From: Geosiphon pyriformis uo1
Lineage: Eukaryota; Fungi; Glomeromycota
Direction of reading: 5' to 3'
DNA: 64,000 nt
NCBI GenBank assembly: GCA_016748015.1
Contig: JAAOMT010000571.1
Coordinates: 1,057,095 to 1,121,094 of the forward strand
The notes below the pieces were generated by a model that had not been told where the DNA came from, searched no databases, and worked only from the letters and a program-made list of their open reading frames with translations. Shown here one piece after another: positions 1 through 11,939 of the stretch. The first letter of the stretch is position 1, and every line of letters begins with the position of its first letter. The position numbers and the translations under genes are program-made.

Positions 1-2
1 TC

Positions 3-3000
3 TTTGAAAATTTTCACAGAATACGCTTTAACTTCGACAAGAATCAGTCATCCACGCTCGATTGGCATCAAACTTATATTCCTTTTGAGAACGACGATAA
101 TCCACAAGATAAAGAAAGAGATATTGATATTCCTGATTATCGCGATATCGAGAGAAAAGAATTTGGCGAAAAACAAATTAAACCCACTCAAGAGGAGGGC
201 TTAACATATGAGGAATATTTACGTCAAAAGAATAAAGATTTTAGTGTGCAATTAGATAAGGTATTTTTATTTGCGCTTTTTTTCTTGATGATAGATAATC
301 AAAGTTAAAGGCAGATATATATATACATATATATACTTTGGAAATTTTCAGGAGCCTCATAACATAAAACTCTGGCTTCAATTCATCGATTTTCAAGATG
401 AAAGTGGATTGTTTGGTAAGAAAGTCAGTAGCTCCTCGACACGAACCAGCATCAATGAAATCAAAATCAGTATATTTGAAAAAGCTTTGAGTAAGAATTC
501 TAATAATGAAAAGCTTCTATTGGGCTATCTGAAATGCTGTGAGCAAATATGGGAGTAAGTTGCCTGTCACTAGAACAGTTGAAGGATTCCAGTGAATATA
601 GATGCATCAATTTTTGCACTTAATCAATATTTTCAATTTTTCAGTGTTCCTAAACTACTCACCAAGTGGGACCAGGTCTTAAAAGAAAACTCACGTACCG
701 TGAGCCTCTGGATAGAATATCTTAATTTCAGGCAGACGAATCTTGCCTCATTTTCTTTTACTCAATGTATCGAAGTGTTTGAAGAATGTTTAGGTGTACT
801 TAGAAGAGAGGCAGAAATATCCAAAGATCTTGAAGGTGGATAAAAGTCATATTTGCAATTCTAATTCTCATTTCCTTTACGATCCAGTTAAATGTTTCCT
901 TTACAACTTCATAGAGCGGACGAGTACCGAAAATATACTTGTTCATATTTTCTTACGATTTTGTATTTTTCTCGCTCAGTCTGGTACGTATTACTATAGA
1001 AGAATTCAAAAGTCGTTTTTGTTACTAATAAATCAATTTTGATCGTAATTTGAAGGGTACATAGAGAGAGCGTATGCATGCTTGCAAAGCATAATGGAAG
1101 TGACTTTTTTTACTTCTGAAAGCTTACAATCTTTGAGTTTTGATGAACGCCTCCTTATATTTGAGAAATTCTGGGAGTCTGAGGACCCACGGTTTGGAGA
1201 AAAAGTGTGTAGAAATCTCTAGATTGCTCTCGATATTTTTAAAATCAAGTTTAGATAAAATTTTGAACTCCAGGGGGCAAAGGGGTGGTCTTATTATGAA
1301 ACTCGATGTGAAGAAGATGATGAATGTGAAAAAACTGAGTGGGCTTCTAATGAGCAGCTACCTCAAGCTGACGAAAATGGTGAGGACATGACAATAAAAG
1401 ATTACAAAAAACGCAACTTATTAATTTCACAGTTTGAATCTACAATAGCGGACAGCTATCAAAATTGGTTAGCCGCTGAAACAAGCTTAGAAAAAGCCTA
1501 CCAGCTCCCCTTACGTTCAGGTAAGAAATTGGCCAGTCGGGTTAATAAATACATTCAGACGAATCTTCCATGCTTACATATTCAATAATTATAAGATGCA
1601 CAAGCAGACCTTAAAATCGATGATCCTTACCGAATCGTTTTATTTGATGACATTAAAAAATACCTTTTTGACCTCACTTCCTCCGAAGCAAGAATCAATA
1701 TGATATACGCTTGCTTTAATTTTCTCCGCTTGCCTTTTAATCCTTGCCGATCTTCGAATCACTCTTTTGTTGCCGATTCATTTTTGCATTCTGAAATGGC
1801 TAATGAAAGCCTTGCGAATGCCAATTTTTGGCCGTCAACTCACAAATCAGACATTCCTTCTGGGCTTGTCAATGATATTTACGGCGTAATAATGGATCGC
1901 GAAATACGCTCAGAAGAAAAAAAAATATGGAAATTTCCATTGAAAGCATTTCCACAAGACCATGATAACTTATTCCCATCTAAACATTGGTTCTGTATCT
2001 GCGAAGAAAGCACGCTAGTTGACGTTAATTTGGCTTTTGCTAGGTAAATAATATAAGACTACTGCTGCGTTATAACCTGCTACAATCAAATAAGTCTTTA
2101 TCCTCTTTTTTTAATAGGAATGCGTTTAATCAAATCTGCAAGGTTTTTTCAAATACCGACTTAAATTTATGTAGCCTAGCTCTCGAAAGCTCCGTAGACA
2201 CAAAAAACGGGTAAATAATAATTTCAGCTTGTGTTGATATTGAAAATTATATTCAAGAAGTCAAATACTTTATATAGAGGGCGAAAGTATGCAAAAGAAA
2301 TGCTAAAAACGGAACGTTTGAATCTTGCTCTGTGGAACGGTTATGCTCAATTGGAGAAATCCCGAAATAATTTTGCTGAGGTACTTCATGCGGCTCGCCT
2401 GAAAATTAGCTTTGAAATTTCGTTCAACTTATTTTGTTTGTATATAATAGGCCCGTAGAGTTTACATAACTGCGCTTTCAATGTATCGTTCCTTCCCTGA
2501 GCAGCATCAAGTCGATGCACCATTACTTTATAAAATGTTTGCCGAAATGGAGATTGAACAAGGGCGCCCAAACACTGCTTTAAGTAAATTTCACATATTA
2601 AAAGTAATAGTCTTATGAATCTTAAGTATGGTAATAACTCCTTATTTATTGATTGTTTTTTAGATATTCTTGTGATGTTAACAGAAGAAAAAGGTTCAAT
2701 GGGTAAATAAAACATCACTTACATCTCACAAAATAATCTTTATCAGTCACCAATACTGCTCATACCGTTTACTATGAATATCCAGATTCAATTTCTAATC
2801 AGGATATGATGGCCCCTTCGCCAACGAGATTGCTAAAAGCGCGTAAGGTAACAAAATGTTCAACCGAATATCTTCCCTGATCTCCACGATTAATCAATTC
2901 TTTTGGGTCGGATTAGTTTTACGAACAACGAATAGCAGATCTTTCTAATTTGGCCGCTTCTCAAGATGCTTCAAGGAACGTTATACACATATGTGTCTGC

Positions 3001-4060
3001 TTCGCTTTGCTTGAACATCTCAGTCAGAATTTAAATGAAGCATGCAAAATCTTTGAGCTGATACTAGCAGAGTTGATGATCCGTAATGCGAGCGACACTA
3101 TCGAATGCGAATTGATCTATGTGGCATATCCTTTTCTATGAATCCTAAGAATGTTTTTAGTTTCTGCAGAATTATCTTCCTTGACCTGAATAATATTCAC
3201 TTATATCAAATTAATCTATAACTATTCCATTTCGGGTGCCGCTTATCGCCCTGCGCTCTTACGCGAGGTGCTTGAACGAGCGTTAAAATTTTTTCCAAAT
3301 AACGTGGAGTTTTTGTCTTTGTACTTTTACAACGAAGCTCGCACCAAAATTCAAAATCGCGTTCGTCGATTTTATGATAATGCTTTGACCAAGTGAGTAC
3401 AATTTGAATTAAATTGATCTCTGTGATTGATTGAAGTTCATATTTCTTATATTTTGGCAGGAAACCAACTCACGTACTCTGGACTTTTTCGATATTTGTG
3501 GAGCTATACCAACATAAGCCTTTCAATCAACACATTGTGAGGTCATTGTTTGAAAGAGCTTTGGAATGTTCCACGTAATTTCCTTTTCATTTACACTCAA
3601 AGTTTATATTTTGGTTTCTTTGGATTCATTTTAATGTTTCTTTCTTCTCAGTTCTCGAAATTCAATTGCACTATGGATTTTATATCTTAATTTCGAGATT
3701 AAATACAACAGGCTGGATCGAGCAAAGGCTTTATACTTTCGTGCCATAAGAGAATGTCCATGGTCTAAAGGTAATATTTCCCAAGATAAAATATTAAATA
3801 ATACATGAGGTTTTAATTGAATCTATTAAAAATATAATGCTGATTTTTATTCTCCAAAAATTATTATAGAAATTTATCTATTCGCCTTTCGCGTCTTACG
3901 ATCCATATTCACCACTGATGAATTAGATGAAGTGATGAATCTTATGCTGGAGAAAGAAATACGATTGCGTGTATCTTTTGAACGATACGTTGACGAGAAT
4001 GATAAAACGTACGAGTTGATGGATGTGGATTCTAGTCAGTTTGAAGTGTCAGCAGAATAG
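3..4060 (+). CDS. NRDE2: NRDE-2 family HAT-repeat protein (nuclear RNAi/splicing/exosome regulator); 5' end lies upstream of the window; about 16 introns
   Basis: Manually spliced exons give EPHNIKLWLQFIDFQDE, LWIEYLNFRQT, EDPRFGEKGAKGW, DDPYRIVLFDDI, LWNGYAQLE, REVLERALKFFPNN, RAIRECPWSK and LMLEKEIRLRV. Stop TAG at 4058-4060. Confidence 0.9.
3126..3200 (+). other. U12-type (minor spliceosome) AT-AC intron in NRDE2
   Basis: 5'SS ATATCCTTT (3126), branch point TTCCTTGAC (3177-3185), 3'SS CAC (3198-3200). Removal joins ELIYVA to YIKLIYNYS...RPALLREVLERAL in frame and skips an in-frame stop. Confidence 0.92.
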
Positions 4061-4557
4061 TGTAGAGCCTTTTCCACATCTTTCCATCAAATCTAGACAT
4101 ACATGTAATTAATTTTTGTAAAATCACTTGATTTGAGGCTGAAAATCAGAAGAAATTATTTTTCACAAATCTTTATCCAGGATTTATTCTTTGCATCAGG
4201 ATTTGAATTCGAGAAATAGTTAAAAGAAAACTCTATGTGCTTGGTATTTGATCATAAACTAACAAACAAATCAAAATTCTTGATTTTAATTCATAAATCA
4301 ACATATTTAATAAATAAGATTTTCAATATTTTCTTTCACAAGCAGATTTGCTATAAATCTCATGAACCCACAATAAATCTAAACTTACCATTTACAAAAG
4401 ATTGATTATACAATAATATTTTTATTGATCTCTGTAAAAAAATATTGAATTAATGGAGGGAATGCAATTAACAATAGTAGTTTAGCTTGGATGAAAATTT
4501 TACCTCGAAAATAAAACTGGAACTCAACGTCGAGAATTTTAAATGAAATGGACGACT

Positions 4558-5606
4558 TCAGGCGTACTATTATATTAAGAAACAATTTTAATGAGCATCT
4601 CAAAGAAAAAACAAAAACAATTAAATCATTTTTACCTTTGAAAGATAAGATTCGGCCACAATTCTAGCCTAAAAATTCGAAAAAGTTAGTATTGAAGTAT
4701 TGATAAGGTGGAATCATCCAAGATAATAATATCAAACCCTTGAATTTAAGCTTAATTTCATCTCAGAGATTTCCTTGTCTACTTCTTCCATAAACTGAAT
4801 AATAAAATCGACAAGTTTATGCTTGTACATTTGCTCGGTATGGAAATTAGTGATCAAGAAGCTAATATCATATCCCTATAATCCAGAAAAATATTTTCAA
4901 TAAGAAACTTTGAAATTTTGAAATTTTTTCATCACTCACTGGGATCGGCTTTCTTCGTAGAACGATAAAATTCTCGGCCCGTAACATCATGAACCTGGTG
5001 AATTTATGACATAGAATTCTTTCGATTTCGTCAGCCTGTTTGATTTTAATACTGATACGAATTGAATTGACCGAAGGTTCAATCAGCACTTTTTCATTCT
5101 CATTACGGCTAATAGTGAGTGGGTTCAAGACGACTTCACGTGATTTTCTTTAAAAGTTTATTGTAGTCCGTGGAATTTAGAAGACATATTAATGACCTAA
5201 AGAAAAGTACCATTCGTGATTTTTGCTTACTGTGCTTCTACTTCCGGTTTATTATGTCGTTCCACAACTTGTGAAGGAAAGTTGGTCAGGCAGAGGGCAG
5301 CTGTAAGAGTTGAACGGACTGCTGTCAGGTAAGAGCGTAAGGTGTTTGACTTTGGTAGAATAGAGTTTAACTAGTGAGTGTTTGAGCAGCTAAAAGAATG
5401 TGCAAGAAGGCTGATATAGGTTCCTAGGCTTCTGAAAGAGTTTCTCAATTCTGATTGTTTGAGCCGATTCAATTTTTGAGGCGTTTGTGAACTCCAAGCG
5501 ATACATGCAAAGTTGAACCCGTGGGTCCCTTTAAACCAAGCCGTTTGCACTTAGCATTTTCCCATAAAGCACCGAGTAACATTTTTAAAAATCTAATACC
5601 AACCAT
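4558..5606 (-). CDS. ARPC4: Arp2/3 complex 20 kDa subunit
   Basis: Exons give [89 protein letters not shown] and ARIVAESYL. The ATG-only first exon (5604-5606) and the tiny last exon (4558-4566) are inferred. Confidence 0.92.
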
Positions 5607-5897
5607 AGTGAGGAAAACGGAAACGTTCCGATATTAGGTCAACAACAGATTGTGCCAATAAAATATTTGTAGGGCTGTTGATTCAACATATCAATTTTCA
5701 GTTTAACATAACTTTTGACATTCATCATGGTACGTTATTATACAAGTCAAAATTCAAAGTCTTGATCATGAATCCCACTCAGAATTTAATTTAGATCCTT
5801 CTCTCATGGTATCTCTTCTACCTTCGGCGAATATAAAAGATTCTTGCAAAGACAAATTTTCTTAACCTACCTTATCACAAAGCTCCAATTAGCCTCT

Positions 5898-6377
5898 TTA
5901 CTTCTTTTTACCCTTTCCTGGTTTAACTTTAGTCATTCCCTTGAGATCTGAAGCCGTCAACTCAGGAACATTCTCTTCAGATTCCATAAACTCTAAATCG
6001 TATTCAGAATCTCCAAACTTCTTGTGAAACTTTGATAATTGCCCACTCTCATCGTGTATCCCGTCTCGAGACTCTGGGTTCCATAATGGATGGTTTCTCG
6101 TATCTTTGACAAGTTTAATCACTGGTTTTGGTGAGGTGGAACGTATTTTATATGTGGCGCCATTAGTCAATATAATTTGTTGGGTGAAGAGCCCTGGCCG
6201 ACATTCAGAGAGTGGAGTTTTTGCTGGTTTGGGAGCATGCGTGTTCGGCATTAGAGGCCGTTTGGTATCTTGGGCTGCAGTCGTGCGGAAACTATGTGTA
6301 AAGTTTTGGAAGTGAAAAAGAGTATATCGAGTTGACTTTATTAGTTTTCTTGCGGTCAAGATTGTTGGGCAAGACAT
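5898..6377 (-). CDS. MRPL36: Mitochondrial ribosomal protein bL31m (MRPL36-like), intronless
   Basis: Basic, hydroxylated presequence followed by QQIILTNGATYKIRSTSPKPVIKLVKDTRNHPLWNP, a typical fungal bL31m core. First ATG at 6377. Confidence 0.8.
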   Translation of the reverse strand: MSCPTILTARKLIKSTRYTLFHFQNFTHSFRTTAAQDTKRPLMPNTHAPKPAKTPLSECRPGLFTQQIILTNGATYKIRSTSPKPVIKLVKDTRNHPLWNPESRDGIHDESGQLSKFHKKFGDSEYDLEFMESEENVPELTASDLKGMTKVKPGKGKKK

Positions 6378-6547
6378 GATGTGTTGGAGAAAATAGGAAA
6401 ATTTTTCCGTTAATTGGTAAATCTTGGCCAACTTAGTCTAGAAAATTCGAGATGTCATGTTGCATGAATTATAATCATGGATTAACTGAGAGAAACCAAC
6501 CTTTTAACATAGTCGGCCTTGAAGAATTTGCTCAAAACTTGGAAACA
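6378..6547. promoter_or_regulatory. Putative bidirectional promoter between bL31m and LAMTOR3
   Basis: Only 170 bp separate the divergent ATGs; inferred from geometry. Confidence 0.5.
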
Positions 6548-7295
6548 ATGGGAGAGGTACAAAACCGCTCATTTATATTCCAAAATTTCAACTTCAAGCA
6601 CCATTTGACTTAGCTATGCAACACCTACCTCAAAATGAAAATGGGCTCTGGTTCCAACCTTCCAGGAAATCCAAGCTTATATTGATAAATTATTGTCTAG
6701 GTACAAGTACCATTGCTTCCTCTGCTAAAGTCTAAAGTTATTTTGTTTTCAAGCATTTCACTTATATCATGCCCTCATTTACTTATACAGAGTGGACGGT
6801 TTAAAAGCAATCACAGTGACAGACCGCGAAGGGGTTATATTATTAAAAGGTACTATTAATTGAGGCCATCTCGCTCTCTCTGACACTAAACCTATTCAAT
6901 AAAGAAATCTCGGTGGTCTGTTAATGATTATAGCAATATGCCCCGAGGAAGAAAGCTCAACCTTCAAAGGGATATTCGAAACACAACCAGCTTTGTTATC
7001 GACAACTTTTGCGGTGGTCAGTGACCAAGCCTCCAAATTAGGTTTAAAAAAGAATAGGTCAATTGTGAGTGTATTTGGGAGTCATCAAATAGTGCAATTT
7101 AACCATACACCGTTGGTTACTACGTTAGTGGGAGATTCAAATGCCAACACAGGTACCCGCTAGTCAACATATTCATGTTTTGATAATGTATGCTGATTTT
7201 TTCTTTCTTTAGGGGTTCTGTTAGATCTCAACGATGAGTTAAAAGAGATGACAGAAGTAATTGCAACAGCTTTGCAAGAGCGCCAAAGTACCTAG
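6548..7295 (+). CDS. LAMTOR3: Ragulator complex subunit LAMTOR3 (MP1, roadblock fold), 5 exons
   Basis: MGE|EIQAYIDKLLSR|VDGLKAITVTDREGVILLK|...LLSTTFAVVSDQASKLGLKKNRSIVSVFGSHQIVQFNHTPLVTTLVGDSNANTG|VLLDL... closely parallels animal LAMTOR3. Stop TAG at 7293-7295. Confidence 0.88.
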
Positions 7296-7341
7296 GAGCT
7301 TACGTGCCAATCCAATGATCATCTTTAAGATCTGTCTTTTA

Positions 7342-8676
7342 CTAGTTATCTGCCATAATCCAATTCCAATTTGGAGGCTTCCACTGAGTTATCTCACCTG
7401 GAGTGCTAAACCATAAGCTTATCTCTTTCTCAGCAGAGTCAAATGAATCAGATCCATGGATAATATTTCGACCAATGCTTGTAATTTTGAGGGCGGGGGG
7501 AATTTAGTTTCAATTTTTATGTACATTTAATGCTAAATATTAACTTACAACAAAATAGAGATAGGATTCTATTTACCTTATTGCGTATTCCCCTCTAATG
7601 GTTCCAGGAGCTGAATCTAAAGGATTAGTTGCTCCAATCATTGTACGACCTTGACGAATAACATCTTTGCCTTCCCAAACCTAAACATTGTTGTTGATAT
7701 ACCAAATAAATGTTTTGCTTTATATTTTTGAAGCCCAATTTCCAAATGCTGACCATTGCCACCACAGGTGCCTTGCCATCCGTTATATACTCTACCAATC
7801 CTCGAAAGAATGGACGTGACTTCAAGTCAGCATAATGCTGTTCAGCGAGCTGTTTACTGGGGACCAGGGATTTGATTCCAACAAGTTTATAACCACGCTT
7901 CTCAAATCGAGATATAATTTCCCCAACAAGACCGCGTGTCACACCATCCGGTTTCACCATAATAAATGTGCGTTCAGAATCAGTCCCCTTAATACCAGCG
8001 ATTGAGTTAGCTTCCATGTAAAGGGGTGACGATGTAGCTAAGAGACCATGAGGCCAATGTCACATAAGATAGTATAATTAAAAGGATTCTTCGGTAAGTT
8101 GAACCCACATAGCAAAAGACTTGCAATGTAAAATATGGCGCAAAGGAAAAGGTTTAATTAAACTCAAAGTTAAAATAATCACCATTGCAATAAGCATAGG
8201 CCCCCACCGAACTAGCCACGACAAAGAATCCTGAGATTTTCCTGAGAGTTGTAGGCGCTGTGGCGAAAATACTGCGACCAGCTGAAAAATTCCTGCTTGC
8301 TTTTACAAATAAAATATACATTTAAAAATTATCGAGATTTCAAGTTAAAGGTAAAATCATACCTCGCCCAACGTCAAATAAACTGATACGCTGCGGAGCA
8401 ACATTAATACTTGGAAAACTTCTGGCTACAAAATCGGAATTGATCAAACAAGTGGGGGTCATCGTGGGGAATAAAGCCATGAAGTCCCACGTGCACAAAA
8501 TAACGGAAATAATCAAGAAAGCTTTCCATGTCAATATATTATTATTAAATGTCCAGATATTGCACTTGTATTCAGTACACTATACTAGAAGTAAAACTCT
8601 CGCGCTAGTTTTGTTTACTGGATTTACCTTGCGTTCGCCTAACAAAAAGAGAAATACCAGTGAAGCGAGAATACAT
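7342..8676 (-). CDS. NDK: Nucleoside diphosphate kinase with N-terminal mitochondrial presequence
   Basis: [67 protein letters not shown] (catalytic His). Upstream exons splice to MYSRFTARSF...[10 protein letters not shown]...[15 protein letters not shown]; the first exon (8658-8676) is inferred. Confidence 0.9.
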
Positions 8677-8865
8677 TATGCACCACTTTTCTCCGAGGTT
8701 TTGGAATAAAGTTTTTAAAATTGATATTATGCATATTTTATTAGATGATTTAAAAGTTGATCATTTTAATGGTTGATAATAATTTTAATTAAAATTTATT
8801 TATGAATACAAAAATATACAACTAATTGCAAATTAAAGTTTCAACCAACTCAAAACAAAAAATAC

Positions 8866-10460
8866 AATTTTTATTTTTTATTTTTTATACTTAGTACAAT
8901 ACCAAGTGTTCTAAACTAAATGCGGATCACGCGCTTTCTACATGTGACCAGCCACTTGGGCCAATCAAGACAACACTATACATTAATATTAACCATGGCA
9001 TCACCATCCAAACCAGAAAAAAACAACTTACACCAAATGTTTTAACAATACCAAGTAATTGCATTATACTATCAACAAAACAGCAATAGTATTTTTAATA
9101 AATAATTAGTCAAAATTATTGTTTTTATTAGTTTACTTTTTTTTATATTAATTTTGTATTTAGATTTAAATAATCATATTCTATTATAAAAAATTATTAT
9201 TAAATTATACATAAACTTAACCAAAACAGATATAGCAAGTTTAATATTACCAAAAACTAAAAATGTTTTAGCAAATTATTTCTTAAAAATAATATTTTTA
9301 CATACAATTATATATAAATTACTATTAAATATACACAAAAATAATATTTATAATATTAATATTAATAAAAAAAATATTAAACAAAGACTTTTAATAGACA
9401 ATATAAGTTTTAACTAATAAATTAAATTTAATTTTGTCTAATTTATAAACAAATACATAGTTTAAAATTTTATTTTGTTATAATACAAACAAAAAATACT
9501 TAAATATAATATATTATATAAATATTTTCTTATTATAACTAACAATTTTTTATATAATATTTTTATTATATAAATATATAAACCAATCAAAAACTTACTT
9601 ATAAACTTAAATATTATATATTTATTTAGATATCAAATTATTAAAATATAAAACCAATTTATATTTTATATTATATAATTATTTACAATATTAATTTTAA
9701 ATTTTAAATATAACAAATAGTTTTATACATATTTTAAACAAAATATTAAGTATTTTTAAATATCATATTATTATTAATCTTAATATATTTTTTTATTTAT
9801 ACAAATAAAAAGTAAAAATTAAAAAAAAATAGTTTATTTAACTAATATATTAATATATTTATTTTCAAAAACATTAGAATAATTAATTAAATAACAAAAA
9901 TTTTATTGTTTTTTATAATATTTGCAATATATTATTATTTAATCTAATAATAATTACAAAAATTTAATAACAATAATTTTATTTTAATTATATAATTATT
10001 AAAAATAACTTAATTATTTAAATACATAATTATATTACAAACTAAAAAAACAAACTAAAACTAAAATACCAATATTTAAATTTATATTAATAAAAAATAT
10101 TAAAATATTTTCTGTAATTTTAAATATGGTTTAAAAATTTATTTATACTTTAATTAAATTTAAATTCATATTTTTTAGACTATTATAAATTATTATAAAT
10201 TTATTTAATAAATATACATTATAAAAACAAAAAACAATATTAAAAACCATATTAAAATTATTAAGTTTTTTTTACTAAAATCTGTAATTAATTTAAATTA
10301 TCTAAATATAAATTTTTTTAAAATTTAATTTTTTCTAATAATAAAAATACTTTTAGTTAAAACAAAAACTTTTTTTTATTTAATAATTAATTAACAAAAA
10401 TTATGCTAAATTTTTTTAATAAGTGTATTATTTTATAAAAAATATTATTATAGAAGCTAC
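8866..10460 (-). mobile_element. 5'-truncated LINE copy (RNase H region to 3' tail), extremely AT-eroded
   Basis: Reverse complement of 8870-9060 gives the ORF2 C-terminus (..CFFSGLDGDAMVNINV*), 3'UTR and A-rich tail, homologous to 23040-23226 and 10465-10660. The inner boundary is approximate. Confidence 0.7.
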
Positions 10461-10464
10461 TTTA

Positions 10465-11890
10465 TTTTTTACTTTTTTTATTTATTACAAGTTTTATAAG
10501 TAAAGTCCAATTGCTATTTAATATATAGACTTAAACTAAGTGGCTTAAACTAAACACAGTTTATACTCTTATTATATATGACCAGCCATTTGAGCCAAAC
10601 AAAACAATACTATATATTTATACTAATATAAGTATTACTATCTAAACCAGAAAAAAACAGCATATTTTGCACTTATTAAAACTAACAACAAAGAATTTCA
10701 AAACATTAAGCAAACAAATTACTCTATTTAATAATATAAACACTATACTATAAGACAAGTCTAAAACCAAACTATTATCTTTAACCAACTCAGTCTTTTC
10801 CATATTTACTCTATAAGCTGTTATTCTCATAAACAAGATAAACAAAAGTGCCTTAAACTAATTTATAAATGCCTAAATCTCATAATTTTTCATAGTTTTA
10901 GCTATACACACTGAATTTTTTCCAATTAAAAATGATCATCTTGAGACCAATTAATCTGTTTGGCTTAATTTGACAAACTTTATTACAGCTTTCTATTACA
11001 TTCTGATTAGTTGTATCTTGATTAACATATTTTGACTATACTTAATAACTGCAACAATAATTATTTCCTTTGGTGTATTTATATGAATTTTTTGATTATT
11101 ATAGTCTGATCTAATCTGATTTTTTGTTTTCTAAGATTACTATTTACTTTAATTTTTTTCTCTTTAGCCAATAATATAGTTTTGTTTATGTTCTTCTCTA
11201 ATGTAAACATAGATTTAATGATTCTTTTAAATTTTGAGAAAGTAATAATCTTTCCAAAATTATTGATTGTTGAAAAAAATTTTCTAATTATCTGAATTTT
11301 AATGGTCACTAATTTGTTCTTTATTGTAAAGAAGTTAATATTTAAAGCAAATAACTTCTTGATAGCAATTTTCACCTGAGTTTTAACAATCTTTGGGTTA
11401 ATTTACTTCTTGTTCAAAAAGATAAGTAAGTGAAAAAAAGAGAAAAACCTCATCATTATTATCTATATTATAGATCAAAAAGCTAATTAGAAAACCAAAA
11501 ACAGCATTAGCATCAATTCTTTTGGCTTTAAGTGTATTTATTCTAAAATCTAATTGACCTTAATTTTTACTATTAATATTATTATTAGTATCTATATCAG
11601 CAAATTAACCAGTAATTTTTTCTGAATTTCTAAAACTCAAATTCGTTTTATTACTAGATTGTTTAATATTGTCAAGTAACAACTTCTGTTTTTGAACCAA
11701 ATTCTTACTAACAAAACTTAAAACTGCAATTCTGGCTGACTTTTTTTTAGCACTAGAACCACTTATAGTAACAGCCAGTTCAACAACAAAAGGGTTTAGC
11801 AATTGAAAAATAGTAAAGTGTAAAACAGTAAAACAGAAAAAAAACTTTTTTTAGAATTTTTGCACTCTTTTTTGAGAATTTAAGATGAAA
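10465..11890 (-). mobile_element. Internally deleted LINE derivative: 5'UTR and ORF1 N-half fused to the ORF2 C-terminus and tail
   Basis: ORFs 11605-11802 and 11079-11375 match ORF1 at 12470-13450. From about 10815 the frame switches to YRVNMEK...CCFF, matching 22880-23087. Confidence 0.75.
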
Positions 11891-11939
11891 AAAAGAAATA
11901 AGTTTTTTTTTATAAATTTTAACTTTTTTAATTATAGAA

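Noticed and set aside
2386-2718. Antisense ORFs over the host genes (also 4406-4603, 6106-6315, 8440-8709)
   Set aside because: They are shadows of real exons, introns or UTRs, with no recognisable motifs.
1-8700. Functional gene cluster linking NRDE2 (RNAi) to the adjacent TE block
   Set aside because: The five genes have unrelated housekeeping roles; adjacency alone is no evidence.
9060-10460. Very AT-rich stretch as a mitochondrial insertion or alternative-code DNA
   Set aside because: It aligns to the LINE RNase H/3' region with transition erosion; no organellar genes are recognisable.
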